A stretch of DNA of 25,364 nt from an uncultured Candidatus Saccharibacteria bacterium (GTDB lineage: Bacteria > Patescibacteriota > Saccharimonadia > Saccharimonadales > CAIOMD01), in the NCBI GenBank assembly GCA_964415715.1, contig CAYQBK010000044.1:1-25364 (forward strand). Direction: 5' to 3'. Below, piece by piece: positions 1 to 8,548 of the stretch. Every line of letters starts with the position of its first letter. The stretch's first letter is position 1. The notes under the pieces were generated by a model. That model was not told the origin of the DNA and did not search any database. It was given only the letters and a program-made list of their open reading frames with translations. Position numbers and translations under genes: made by a program.

Positions 1-853
1 AGCGCATGGAGAAAAACAACTCTCGATGGACGTGATGATGACCGAGAAGTACAACCCTGTCAGTAAGAGTACAAAACGACTCGATAACGATGTTCATGAT
101 GCCTTGCGAGCGCTTGGCATCGACGAATCAGATTTATACAGGATTACCGCTCCCGAGATTCCCGATATGCTATTAACTCAGGCTAGCAGATTCTCAGAAT
201 CTATAATCTCCACTGAGCGTACATGGGGACTCGTTGTTAATAGGGGTAAAATCGTACAATCTACCGAGAACTTCAAGGGATTCGGAGGCGATGCTAATCA
301 CGCCGTATCGTATATTGCTGAGGAGCGTGTTGGTCCTACGCTGGTACTTCTGGCAATATCTCAACTACTGCTAGTCCTAGAGGCCCAATATGCGAAGTTA
401 CGTGATGGCGCACAACTTCAACACAAAAAGTTCAAAGTAAGGAGTGTTGGAAATTTAAGTGGCATCGTCCTTGATTCGAGCCTTACTCTTGCCAGTATTC
501 GACAAGATGTTGCTAATCTCCGACGGCATAAGCGATGGTTTGAGGGCGCTAATTTTGTGATGAGGATTGCACCGGTCTTTGCCGCAAAATTCAAACCCAA
601 AGAGAAAAAACCGATAGACTTCTTTGATGATGTTATGGATCGCAATGACGAGACTTTCAAAAGGCTGTCGAAGCTAGATAGCGATTACAGGGATATTCTC
701 ACGACTATATCTCAACTTGGAGCAACAGGAACTGATATCAAAACGAGTCGCTGGGCGCTGGCAGTATCGGCATTATCGCTAATAGTTGCTATTATTGCAT
801 TATACGTATCGTACAAAACGGGCGTACCACCGAGTGCGATGGGAGGAAAATAA
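1..853 (+). CDS. Hypothetical protein with C-terminal coiled coil and single TM helix; probably 5'-truncated by the window edge
   Basis: Frame is open from position 2 to TAA at 851-853. Hydrophobic C-terminal segment WALAVSALSLIVAIIALYVSY. No family motif recognised. Confidence 0.7.
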   Translation, partial: AHGEKQLSMDVMMTEKYNPVSKSTKRLDNDVHDALRALGIDESDLYRITAPEIPDMLLTQASRFSESIISTERTWGLVVNRGKIVQSTENFKGFGGDANHAVSYIAEERVGPTLVLLAISQLLLVLEAQYAKLRDGAQLQHKKFKVRSVGNLSGIVLDSSLTLASIRQDVANLRRHKRWFEGANFVMRIAPVFAAKFKPKEKKPIDFFDDVMDRNDETFKRLSKLDSDYRDILTTISQLGATGTDIKTSRWALAVSALSLIVAIIALYVSYKTGVPPSAMGGK

Positions 854-1260
854 TGAACATTTATCTGGATATTGATGGCGTACTATTGGCCAACGACAAA
901 GAAGCTGCGCGTCGCGCAGATAAGTTTTTGCAAGCTGTTTTGGAGAAGTATCCCGATTCAACATACTGGCTGACAACGCACAACTGGAGGGGTGAAAACA
1001 GAGCAAAAGAAGTGCTTGCTCCACATCTTAATCCCGAAACAGTAGAGTTGCTCGACAAGATTAAACCCTCAGAGTGGAATGATCTAAAGACTGACGCAAT
1101 AGATTTCGAGCAAGACTTTCTGTGGTTTGATGATGATCTTTGGCCCAATGAGCTTAGTGTGCTTGAAAAACATGAAGCAGTCCAAAACTTTATCATGGTT
1201 GATCTTCATAAAGACCCCGATATGCTCGATAAGCTAACTCAAGTCATCCTCGGTAAATAG
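853..1260 (+). CDS. HAD-superfamily hydrolase-like protein (resembles Swiss-Army-Knife RNA-repair HAD type)
   Basis: Motif I YLDIDGVL, motif II WLTTH, motif IV WFDDDL. Start overlaps the upstream stop (TAATG). Confidence 0.75.
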   Translation: MNIYLDIDGVLLANDKEAARRADKFLQAVLEKYPDSTYWLTTHNWRGENRAKEVLAPHLNPETVELLDKIKPSEWNDLKTDAIDFEQDFLWFDDDLWPNELSVLEKHEAVQNFIMVDLHKDPDMLDKLTQVILGK

Positions 1261-1735
1261 GTACGTACTTCATTGCGTCTGTGAACCGCAGCATCTCCTC
1301 CGCGAGTGTTGATGACAGAATGCGCCTCATAATCTCGCAGCTATCGTTTTGCGAGAGGATATTCAAGCTACCCTCCCACAAAACATCGTCAATTACTGCT
1401 ATCTTGCGGTGGTGCTTTACGGTATAAAGCACCTTGATCCCTAGCTCCTGCATTGCCTGAATGCCGTTCGAAGCCTGTCCAATATACTCTCCATCATGTT
1501 CATCGGGACATCGAGTGTTTACTGTGATCGCTATACCTCTTTGTCGCAGTCCTTCAAAAATCGGCAGTAACTCCTCAATACGCCTTTTCGTGATGAATGG
1601 GCTTTCGATATAGACTCTTTGCCTTGCGTACCGTAAGTCGTCTGTAAATGTTTTGTAGAACGTCCTATTGTCAAAAAGCAGCGAGCTGGCGAGTCCTTGC
1701 GTATCGATCGTACGTGAGAAGAATGACCTAAACAT
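1244..1735 (-). CDS. Phospholipase D-like domain protein (single HKD-type motif, putative nuclease)
   Basis: IESPFIT, then HHRKIAVIDD..WEGSLN. Likely start is ATG at 1735, overlapping the recombinase stop by 8 nt; the ORF track extends it to 1762. Confidence 0.8.
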   Translation of the reverse strand: MFRSFFSRTIDTQGLASSLLFDNRTFYKTFTDDLRYARQRVYIESPFITKRRIEELLPIFEGLRQRGIAITVNTRCPDEHDGEYIGQASNGIQAMQELGIKVLYTVKHHRKIAVIDDVLWEGSLNILSQNDSCEIMRRILSSTLAEEMLRFTDAMKYVPIYRG

Positions 1736-3020
1736 CACTATTCTCCTCGTCTTCATCGTCATCTTCTTTTTCGATGATATCTAAGCTATCTACCCCTATC
1801 AAAGTTCTATAATCGTTCTTGATGCTCAGCCAAGATGACATACTAGGATCCTCGAGATCCTTTTTTGTTGAAATAACAGATTGAGTCAGGCTGTTTTGCT
1901 TGGTTATAACCTTTTGTTTATTAAGCTTATCTTCATCAAGCTTGCGTTTGAGCGGCTCGAGCCACTCGTAAGGGGTTATAGAGACCTTATTATCTTTCAA
2001 AATCGAGTTATAACCTATAGCAAGAAGTATGTCTCGCTTGCGTAGTATGTCACCCGTACGAAACTCTATGGATGCATTGTGTAGAGAATCAACAGTTTTA
2101 CCGACCAACTCGTACCATTTTTTCGAAGTGTCTTTAGCTTTGGCGTGACTTGACCTAGCAGCTTCAAGTTCATTCTTTAATTTTGTGTAACGTCGTGTGT
2201 ATGTTTCTTTGTCAATTATACCGTCTTCTAACATATCAATTAACTTGTCCATCTTTGCTTCAATCTGACTAATTGTGTCATTAATAGAGGTATCTCTTAT
2301 ATTTCGTGACTCTGCTTCTTTTTTAGCAATGATCTTTACGGTTCTTGATCCCCATTCATATAAATCAGTTGGTAGACTATAATCATTTAGTAGCGAATCA
2401 ATTTGATCAAATAGATCTTGCTCACGAGTCACGCCTCGCTGGGTACAGTACTCTCTTTTGTGAGTACAATGGTAATAGTTATAGTAGTTCACTGAGCTGT
2501 TTTTAAGTCGTTTAGATTTTCGTTCAGCCGTAACTGAACACGAACATTCACCGCACACTAGTAAGCCTTTTAATTCAAATACTTTTTTCGAGACATATCT
2601 TGTCCGCCCCTTTTTGCCGAGTATGTTTTGGACTCGCTCGAATTGATCTCTAGATATCATGCGTGGGTAACTTGCAACATACATCTTAGCGGGGTCGTTC
2701 GGATAGTCTGGGTGTGGAATTCTCCCGTAGTATCTTGGGTTTACTAATATCTTATATATCGAGCTTCGCGAAAGTGGACCACCACCGACCTTGTTTCTTT
2801 TTATCGATTTATAACCTTTTTCATCAAGCATGACTTTGATCTCGGCTATCGTGTAACCTTCGAGATACTTTTCGAATATGCTTTTTACATGTTCAAACCT
2901 TTCGGGATCTTTCTCAATAGTCTTTAGCACAGTATTATTGATATATCCTGGAGGTGCTACTCCTGAATGTCCACCATCCTTTAGCTTCTTTCCGACACCT
3001 CTTTTGACATCTTTACTCAA
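1728..3020 (-). pseudogene. Large serine recombinase lacking the N-terminal catalytic (resolvase) domain
   Basis: Starts at LSKDVKRG (end of alpha-E helix). Recombinase domain (APPGY, IYKILVNPRYYG, YPRMISRDQFERVQ), Zn ribbon (CGECSC...YYHC...C) and coiled coil are present. In-frame TAA at 3035-3033 lies only 4 codons upstream. Confidence 0.8.
1801..1832 (+). repeat. Direct repeat copy 1 (core GATGCTCAGCCA at 1821-1832), inside the recombinase 3' end
   Basis: Ungapped 24/32 identity with 6206-6237; last 12 nt identical. Confidence 0.6.
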
Positions 3021-3053
3021 CTTTACCGGATTTTAGTACTGGTCTATAATCGT

Positions 3054-3584
3054 ATGGTGGATATGGTTGTAAAATCTTGGATTTCACCTAAAGTCAAACT
3101 TGGCAAAAGCCCAATTCATGGAGAGGGGCTATTCGCAATTGAGAAAATAGCGAAAAATGAAGTGATCGCATACAAAGGTGGCTATTTGCTTGAAGTGTGT
3201 GATTTTAATAAACTTCCAGACGAGTGCAAAGCTGCAGAGCTGCAAGTTGACGATACTATTTTCCTTGCTCCAAAAAGTAAATCAGAGGCGAAAGGTGTGA
3301 TGGTCGGTATCAACCATTCATGTTCGCCGAATGTCGGTATTTGCGGCCAGATAGACACTACTGCCATGCGTGATATTGAACTTGGTGAAGAATTAACGGG
3401 TGATTATGTGGTTGCATATCAAAATGAGTACTTCAATTTTATGTGCAACTGCGGGTCAAAGGATTGTCGTGGTGTCGTTACATCAGACGACTGGAAAAAT
3501 CCTGAGCTGCAGCAAAGATACAAAGGGTACTTTTCGATGTACTTACAGAAAATGATAGATAATGAAAAACAGGAGAGAAAATGA
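3054..3584 (+). CDS. SET-domain protein-lysine methyltransferase with post-SET Cys motif
   Basis: GEGLFA, INHSCSPN, EELTGDY, post-SET CNCGSKDCRG. TATAAT at 3045-3050 upstream; true start may be GTG 3057 or ATG 3063. Confidence 0.9.
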   Translation: MVDMVVKSWISPKVKLGKSPIHGEGLFAIEKIAKNEVIAYKGGYLLEVCDFNKLPDECKAAELQVDDTIFLAPKSKSEAKGVMVGINHSCSPNVGICGQIDTTAMRDIELGEELTGDYVVAYQNEYFNFMCNCGSKDCRGVVTSDDWKNPELQQRYKGYFSMYLQKMIDNEKQERK

Positions 3585-4333
3585 AAATACTAATTGTAAC
3601 AATGCAGCATGGTAATGAAATATTTGGACAGAGAATTATTGACCATTTTAAGGACTCTAGCGTAGACACGATTATCGCAAACCCAAAAGCTTACGAACAA
3701 AAAAAACGATTCATAGAGACCGATATGAATAGATCATACCAAAGAGACGGCCAAAAAAGCTACGAAGAAAAACGAGCCGATGAAATATACGAGCTTACTC
3801 AAAAATATGATTTTGTCATAGACATTCACACGACCACATCAAATATAGATTTCGTACCTATAGTTGCCCGCATGAATGATCGAGTAAAGCAGGCTTTGTC
3901 ACATTTGCCGAGTGACGAGATTGCTCAAATGGAGTTTACAGGGGTGGATCATTCACTTATAGGCTGCGTAGATGATAGTATCTCTCTTGAGTTTAATGAA
4001 GATTTCGCTAAAACTAAGGAGGCTCTACAGATAGTTGGATCATTGGTCGATGGACTTCAAGAAAATACCTATGGCTCATCTTTGAACAAGATTCTCTATC
4101 ACATCGTTGGCACTATCCCAGAAGATACAAATTTAGACAACGAGCACAATTTTATATTTAGCAAAAACCATGATTACCATCCGTTTCTAATTGGAGAAAA
4201 ACACTACAAGGGATATAAGGGCTTCTATGCCGAGAAGACGTCATCGATACAGCTATATGAAACAGGGGTTGACAAAATTGTTAATTCAACTCTATTAAGA
4301 GAAAAGTTAACGGGTGGCAGAAAGTCTAACTGA
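3581..4333 (+). CDS. Succinylglutamate desuccinylase/aspartoacylase (M14-like Zn hydrolase), paralog 1
   Basis: QHGNE, DMNRSY, DIHTT, SLEF. ATGA overlap with the SET gene and AGGAG SD. Confidence 0.85.
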   Translation: MKILIVTMQHGNEIFGQRIIDHFKDSSVDTIIANPKAYEQKKRFIETDMNRSYQRDGQKSYEEKRADEIYELTQKYDFVIDIHTTTSNIDFVPIVARMNDRVKQALSHLPSDEIAQMEFTGVDHSLIGCVDDSISLEFNEDFAKTKEALQIVGSLVDGLQENTYGSSLNKILYHIVGTIPEDTNLDNEHNFIFSKNHDYHPFLIGEKHYKGYKGFYAEKTSSIQLYETGVDKIVNSTLLREKLTGGRKSN

Positions 4334-4385
4334 TTATGTCTGAAAAGCGCCCAGCAATAAAGAACCATCAAGTGGATATATTGAA

Positions 4386-5108
4386 ATGAAAGTGGGTAGC
4401 GCAGAAAATCAACTTGTGGTGGTCGGATGTCAGCATGGTAACGAACGTTTTGGCAAAGTGGTTATTGACGATGTGAAGGCTGACGCGGAACTTCGCACTC
4501 AAGTCCGAACGATACTTGCAAATGAACGAGCATATGAACTAAACGAACGATGGGTCGACACCGACCTGAATAGGTCGTTTAATCGTGATGACATGTCTGG
4601 CCACGAAGCAGATATTGCACCGCGCGTGCTTAGTGAGAGTCTAAAGTCTAAGTATCTATTAGACGTACATACTACGAAAGCCGACGTGACCTTTATCCCA
4701 ATCGTTACCAGCTTATCAAGAGGCGTACGTTACATCTTAAGTCATTTGGAGACCGAGAATGTCGCTTTCATCAAGGCAGCTGAAGCGCCTAATTCGCTTA
4801 TCGGAAATCATCCTGCGGCAGTTTCATTGGAGTTCGGCGAAGATTATTCTCAGACAGATGAAGCCACTCATATTGCAATCAGCACCATAAGGAGTATTTT
4901 GAGTGGAAGGCAAGGAGTGCACACAAGTAAGAGAGTCTATGAGATTGACAGTCTTATACCAAACGATGCCGAGCCGCTACCAGACGGAATACAGAGTGGC
5001 GAGTTTAGCTCAGGCCATAATGGATATGTGCTTATGCCACGAGCTACAACTTATCAAGGATTTTTAGCCAGAAATGTTTATAATATTGATTTAACGGGTG
5101 GCGAGTAA
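4386..5108 (+). CDS. Succinylglutamate desuccinylase/aspartoacylase (M14-like Zn hydrolase), paralog 2
   Basis: QHGNE, DLNRSF, DVHTT, SLEF. Confidence 0.85.
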   Translation: MKVGSAENQLVVVGCQHGNERFGKVVIDDVKADAELRTQVRTILANERAYELNERWVDTDLNRSFNRDDMSGHEADIAPRVLSESLKSKYLLDVHTTKADVTFIPIVTSLSRGVRYILSHLETENVAFIKAAEAPNSLIGNHPAAVSLEFGEDYSQTDEATHIAISTIRSILSGRQGVHTSKRVYEIDSLIPNDAEPLPDGIQSGEFSSGHNGYVLMPRATTYQGFLARNVYNIDLTGGE

Positions 5109-5120
5109 GGATAAGGTGTT

Positions 5121-6122
5121 ATGACATCACATGAGAGCAGAATTGTAACAGGTATACAACCTACTGGAGAGCTGACAATCGCGAACTACGTAGGCGCGAT
5201 GAAGCCGGTTGTCGAAATGTAAGATAACTTCGAGGGTTCGATTAACCTGTTTGTTGCTGATTTGCACGGTCTGACAGATCAAGAGCCAGACGTGGTGAAC
5301 GCTAATCGTCTCGACACGGTGCGCTCATTCCTCGCCGCTGGTGCCGACCCAGAACGAACGAATATCTATCTCCAAAGCCAAGTTGAAGAACCTACAGTAG
5401 TATTGGCGAATTATATGGACAGGCACACGACAATCTCAGAGCTATTGCGCAACCCGACATTAAAAGACAAGCTCAAATACGATGCCAAAGCAGAATCAAT
5501 CAACGTTGCTCTCGGTCGCTACCCAATCCTTATGGCGGCCGACATATTCGTACAAGACGCCGACAAAGTACCGGTGGGTGAAGACCAATACCCGCATATT
5601 GAGTTCGCTCGTAGGCTCGCTCGCCGATTTAATAATGAATACGGCAAGGGTGAATCAATCATTGTAGAGCCAGAAGTCATAGCAGTTGAAGCGTTAAGGA
5701 TTTTGGCACTGAATGGCGATGGCAAAATGAGCAAATCAAACCCACGCGGTGCAATCTTCCTGAAAGACACCCCAGAAGATGTAGAGGGTAAAATCAAGCG
5801 CGCGAAGACAGATGCGCCAGGCGAAATGAATGACTCGCTTGAAAGCCACTTTACACTCTGTCGCCATCTCTGCAAAGATGAGCAGCAGGCGCAACATCTC
5901 GAGCGGTTCAAAGCAGCACACCTTGACGGTAAACCTATCATGGCCGACTTTAAAAAGTTTATGACGGAACTTGTAAATAACTACTTGGACGAATTCCAAA
6001 CGAATTATAATAGTATCACGCCAAGCGACGTACAAAGTGTGATAACGGATGGTGGTCAACAAGCATTCGACCAAGCATCAGGCGTTGTTGCGCGTGCTAA
6101 ACGAGCTATGGGCGTTATTTAG
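5121..6122 (+). pseudogene. trpS: Tryptophanyl-tRNA synthetase interrupted by one in-frame TAA (codon 34, 5220-5222)
   Basis: From ATG 5121: MTSHESRIVTGIQPTGELTIANYVGAMKPVVEM*DNFEG..., continuing in frame into ORF 5262-6122 with YPILMAADI, VPVGEDQ and KMSKS. HIGH-equivalent TIAN lies before the stop. Confidence 0.9.
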
Positions 6123-6205
6123 AGCCTCGCCGTATGATCTAAAAGTTAATCTTGATCCACTTGAGGTGATTGTGGTTAACTTAGTTACGTAAGCTCTGTA
6201 CAAAA

Positions 6206-6237
6206 AGAGTTCTAATTTCGGCCACGATGCTCAGCCA
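6206..6237 (+). repeat. Direct repeat copy 2 (core GATGCTCAGCCA at 6226-6237)
   Basis: Ungapped 24/32 identity with 1801-1832. Confidence 0.6.
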
Positions 6238-6259
6238 TAAACGAGATTAGTTCGGAATT

Positions 6260-6290
6260 GTCGCCTTTTTTGGGCGACTTTTTCGTTTTT
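6260..6290 (+). terminator. Intrinsic terminator downstream of the SET-trpS operon
   Basis: GTCGCC (6260-65) / GGCGAC (6273-78) stem followed by TTTTTCGTTTTT. Confidence 0.6.
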
Positions 6291-6400
6291 GTTTGTTGCA
6301 TAACAAGAATACCAGAGCTATCGCTCTAGTATTTAGACAAAAAAGGAGAAACTTGTGTCGAACCCAGCTTACCTACTTTATCTTATGCTAAAATTATCAT

Positions 6401-7441
6401 ATGCTTTTCGGTGATAAAATAAAAAATGAAATTAAAAAGCGTTCAGAGATAAATCCCCTGTGGGATTACGACTTACTCGAAACAACTGCCCATAATAGCC
6501 TTGCTGCCTATACTAATACTATAAATGCAGGCAACCAGGAATACCTAAAAGCACTAGTGACTACGCAGTATGCAGAATACGTTGAAGCAATGCTTGCATA
6601 TATGCGAGCTAATGGGTTAAGCGTAAAGTCTGAAAGAAAAATTTGGAGATTTAAAATTACAAAAATATCAGCACCTGAGGATCTTGATAGCTGGTTTATT
6701 GCTGAAGTTGGAGTAAGTAATGAAGATACACTATATGAATACGGCAAAATAGCTAATGAATATGCTGAAAGCGCAGCAGATAATCGTGAAGTATGGCAAT
6801 TTATGCTAAACAATAATCAATGGAAACTGGCTTCAAGAAGCATTGATATTCAATTTTCAAATAAAACTACAACTGAAGCACTAACTGCATTTGCAAATCG
6901 AAATAATTATGTCACTTCTGGATTCACCGAAAATTGGTTTGCCACAAGGGATAGTTGGTTAACCCCAATAGGCAATGCCGATATTCTTTTTTCGGGTGTA
7001 TCGGCATTTGACCGAATGAATAATAATGTTTTGTATCAGATTGCGGAAATAAACAGACAGAATTCAGATGGTTTTGAGGGTTCATATCTTATTGGGCACA
7101 CAAAATTAGCAAAACAATATGAAAAAATTGTAATTATACCAAAAGTACAGATTAGAAATGGTAAAAAAATTGATTCAAAAGACAGAATTGCATTAGAATG
7201 GCCTCAGTTCAATGAAAGATTTTTATTTTATGCCTCATCAACAGAACGAGTAAGTGCCCTTGAGTTGGTCAACCCTAAGTTTATGCAAGAATTATATAAC
7301 ATGAACTCCTTAGCAATTGTAGATATCGTCGGAGATCGAGCATTAGTATTTGTTTATCTAGACAATAATTTACTGACAGAACAAGACATATTACAGATGC
7401 AACAAATTTTGCAAATGGTCGAAAAAGAATTGGCAAAATAA
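6401..7441 (+). CDS. Tim44-like N-terminal domain plus DUF3137-like C-terminal domain protein
   Basis: NTF2-like Tim44 pattern ending EVWQFMLNNNQWKLA. C-terminal LEWPQFNERF...ELVNPKFMQEL. TG-c-TAAAAT 6 nt before ATG. Confidence 0.6.
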   Translation: MLFGDKIKNEIKKRSEINPLWDYDLLETTAHNSLAAYTNTINAGNQEYLKALVTTQYAEYVEAMLAYMRANGLSVKSERKIWRFKITKISAPEDLDSWFIAEVGVSNEDTLYEYGKIANEYAESAADNREVWQFMLNNNQWKLASRSIDIQFSNKTTTEALTAFANRNNYVTSGFTENWFATRDSWLTPIGNADILFSGVSAFDRMNNNVLYQIAEINRQNSDGFEGSYLIGHTKLAKQYEKIVIIPKVQIRNGKKIDSKDRIALEWPQFNERFLFYASSTERVSALELVNPKFMQELYNMNSLAIVDIVGDRALVFVYLDNNLLTEQDILQMQQILQMVEKELAK

Positions 7442-7490
7442 AACTAGTTTACATGCTGGCCGAGCCCAAAGAAACCACATTGGGCTCTAT

Positions 7491-7661
7491 ATGCTTACCT
7501 GGATACAAAGGCACAAAAGAAGACAACAAGACAAGCTAAACAACATACAACTGAACATGTACCAACAGAAATGGGAGGTCATAAAAACCGAGCATCCAGC
7601 TAGCACTGGCTGCTCGTATGCGGGTTTAAGGTGTGAAATGTGTAATTGCTACCAATTTTAG
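7491..7661 (+). CDS. Possible 56-aa small protein with Cys-rich C-terminus
   Basis: MLTWIQRHKRRQQDKLNNIQLNMYQQKWEVIKTEHPASTGCSYAGLRCEMCNCYQF*. Fills most of the intergenic gap; no clear SD or -10. Confidence 0.3.
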   Translation: MLTWIQRHKRRQQDKLNNIQLNMYQQKWEVIKTEHPASTGCSYAGLRCEMCNCYQF

Positions 7662-7684
7662 TAAGTATCTTGTAGTATGTATAT

Positions 7685-8143
7685 ATGAAAGAGCCAGAAA
7701 AAATATTACCAAAAGATAGCTCAGACTATTTGCGGGTCATGACCAAGGCGGTATTTCAGGCAGGATTTAACTGGAAAGTTATTGAAAACAAATGGCCAGG
7801 TTTCGAAGATGTATTTCAGCAATTTGACCCATACAAAGTAGCTACGTTTGATGATGCAAAAATATCAGAAATAACTCAAGACAAACGAATCGTTCGCAAC
7901 AAAAGCAAGATATCAGCCACAGTTCACAACGCCCAAACAATGGTCGAAAAAATAAACAAATATGGTGATTTTGGTAAATATTTAAGCTCGATTGGCGACT
8001 ATGAAACAGTTGTCAAGGAGCTGCGTAAATCGTTCAAATGGTTAGGTGATTTTGGGGCATATTATTTTTTATGGGTTGTCAGCCAACCAGTGCCCAGCTA
8101 CGAAGATTGGTGCAAATCACGTGGCATAAAACCAATGTCGTAA
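7685..8143 (+). CDS. tag: DNA-3-methyladenine glycosylase I family (short variant)
   Basis: FQAGFNWKVIENKWPGF, FDPYKVA, IVRNKSKISATVHNA. Confidence 0.85.
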   Translation: MKEPEKILPKDSSDYLRVMTKAVFQAGFNWKVIENKWPGFEDVFQQFDPYKVATFDDAKISEITQDKRIVRNKSKISATVHNAQTMVEKINKYGDFGKYLSSIGDYETVVKELRKSFKWLGDFGAYYFLWVVSQPVPSYEDWCKSRGIKPMS

Positions 8144-8150
8144 TTTGATA

Positions 8151-8426
8151 TTATGATTCAAGCAATTCTAGCATTTTTTCAATATCTTTATATTTGTCTT
8201 TTGCGACTTCATCAATAATATTAAATACTTTTTGCAAGTCAAGCCCGTCATAAAGCCCCAGAACAACTTGTTTCACAATTAATATTATTTGCTTTTCTGT
8301 TTCAATATCAATCGGAGTTACATGCTCCCCATACCTCGCAGATGCAAAGTACTCTATAAGTTTATCGTCAACCTGTCGTGCTTCATCAAAATAATAGTCC
8401 GAAAAACTTTTAACAAATTCTGCCAT
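8151..8426 (-). CDS. Hypothetical protein (91 aa)
   Basis: ORF with protein-like composition; TAAGCT 5 nt before ATG. No motif recognised. Confidence 0.6.
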   Translation of the reverse strand: MAEFVKSFSDYYFDEARQVDDKLIEYFASARYGEHVTPIDIETEKQIILIVKQVVLGLYDGLDLQKVFNIIDEVAKDKYKDIEKMLELLES

Positions 8427-8548
8427 ATGAAAGCTTACTTCGGAAACCGTTGGTTTGTAATCATTTGAATAGCATGTATCTGGCTGGTTATTTGGAGTCC
8501 AGCGTATGGCAGCATTTCTATCTCGAGCAAAAGTATTACGAGCATATG

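Larger units (their letters stand above)
6181..6333 (-). pseudogene. Remnant 3' end of a second serine recombinase gene
   Basis: Minus frame reads NTRAIALVFLLCNKQKRKSRPKKATIPN*SRLWLSIVAEIRTLFVQSLRN*. WLSIVAEIRTL aligns with WLSIKNDYRTL of the 1728-3020 protein. Confidence 0.5.

Noticed and set aside
5220-5222. Programmed read-through of the trpS TAA by tRNA-Gln(UUG), linking it to the attenuator
   Set aside because: Near-cognate misreading is possible in principle, but no stimulatory signal is visible and the loci are 6 kb apart; purely speculative.
6341-6372. GGGTTCGAC on the minus strand near the island edge as a tRNA or att remnant
   Set aside because: No T-stem pairing or acceptor end around it.
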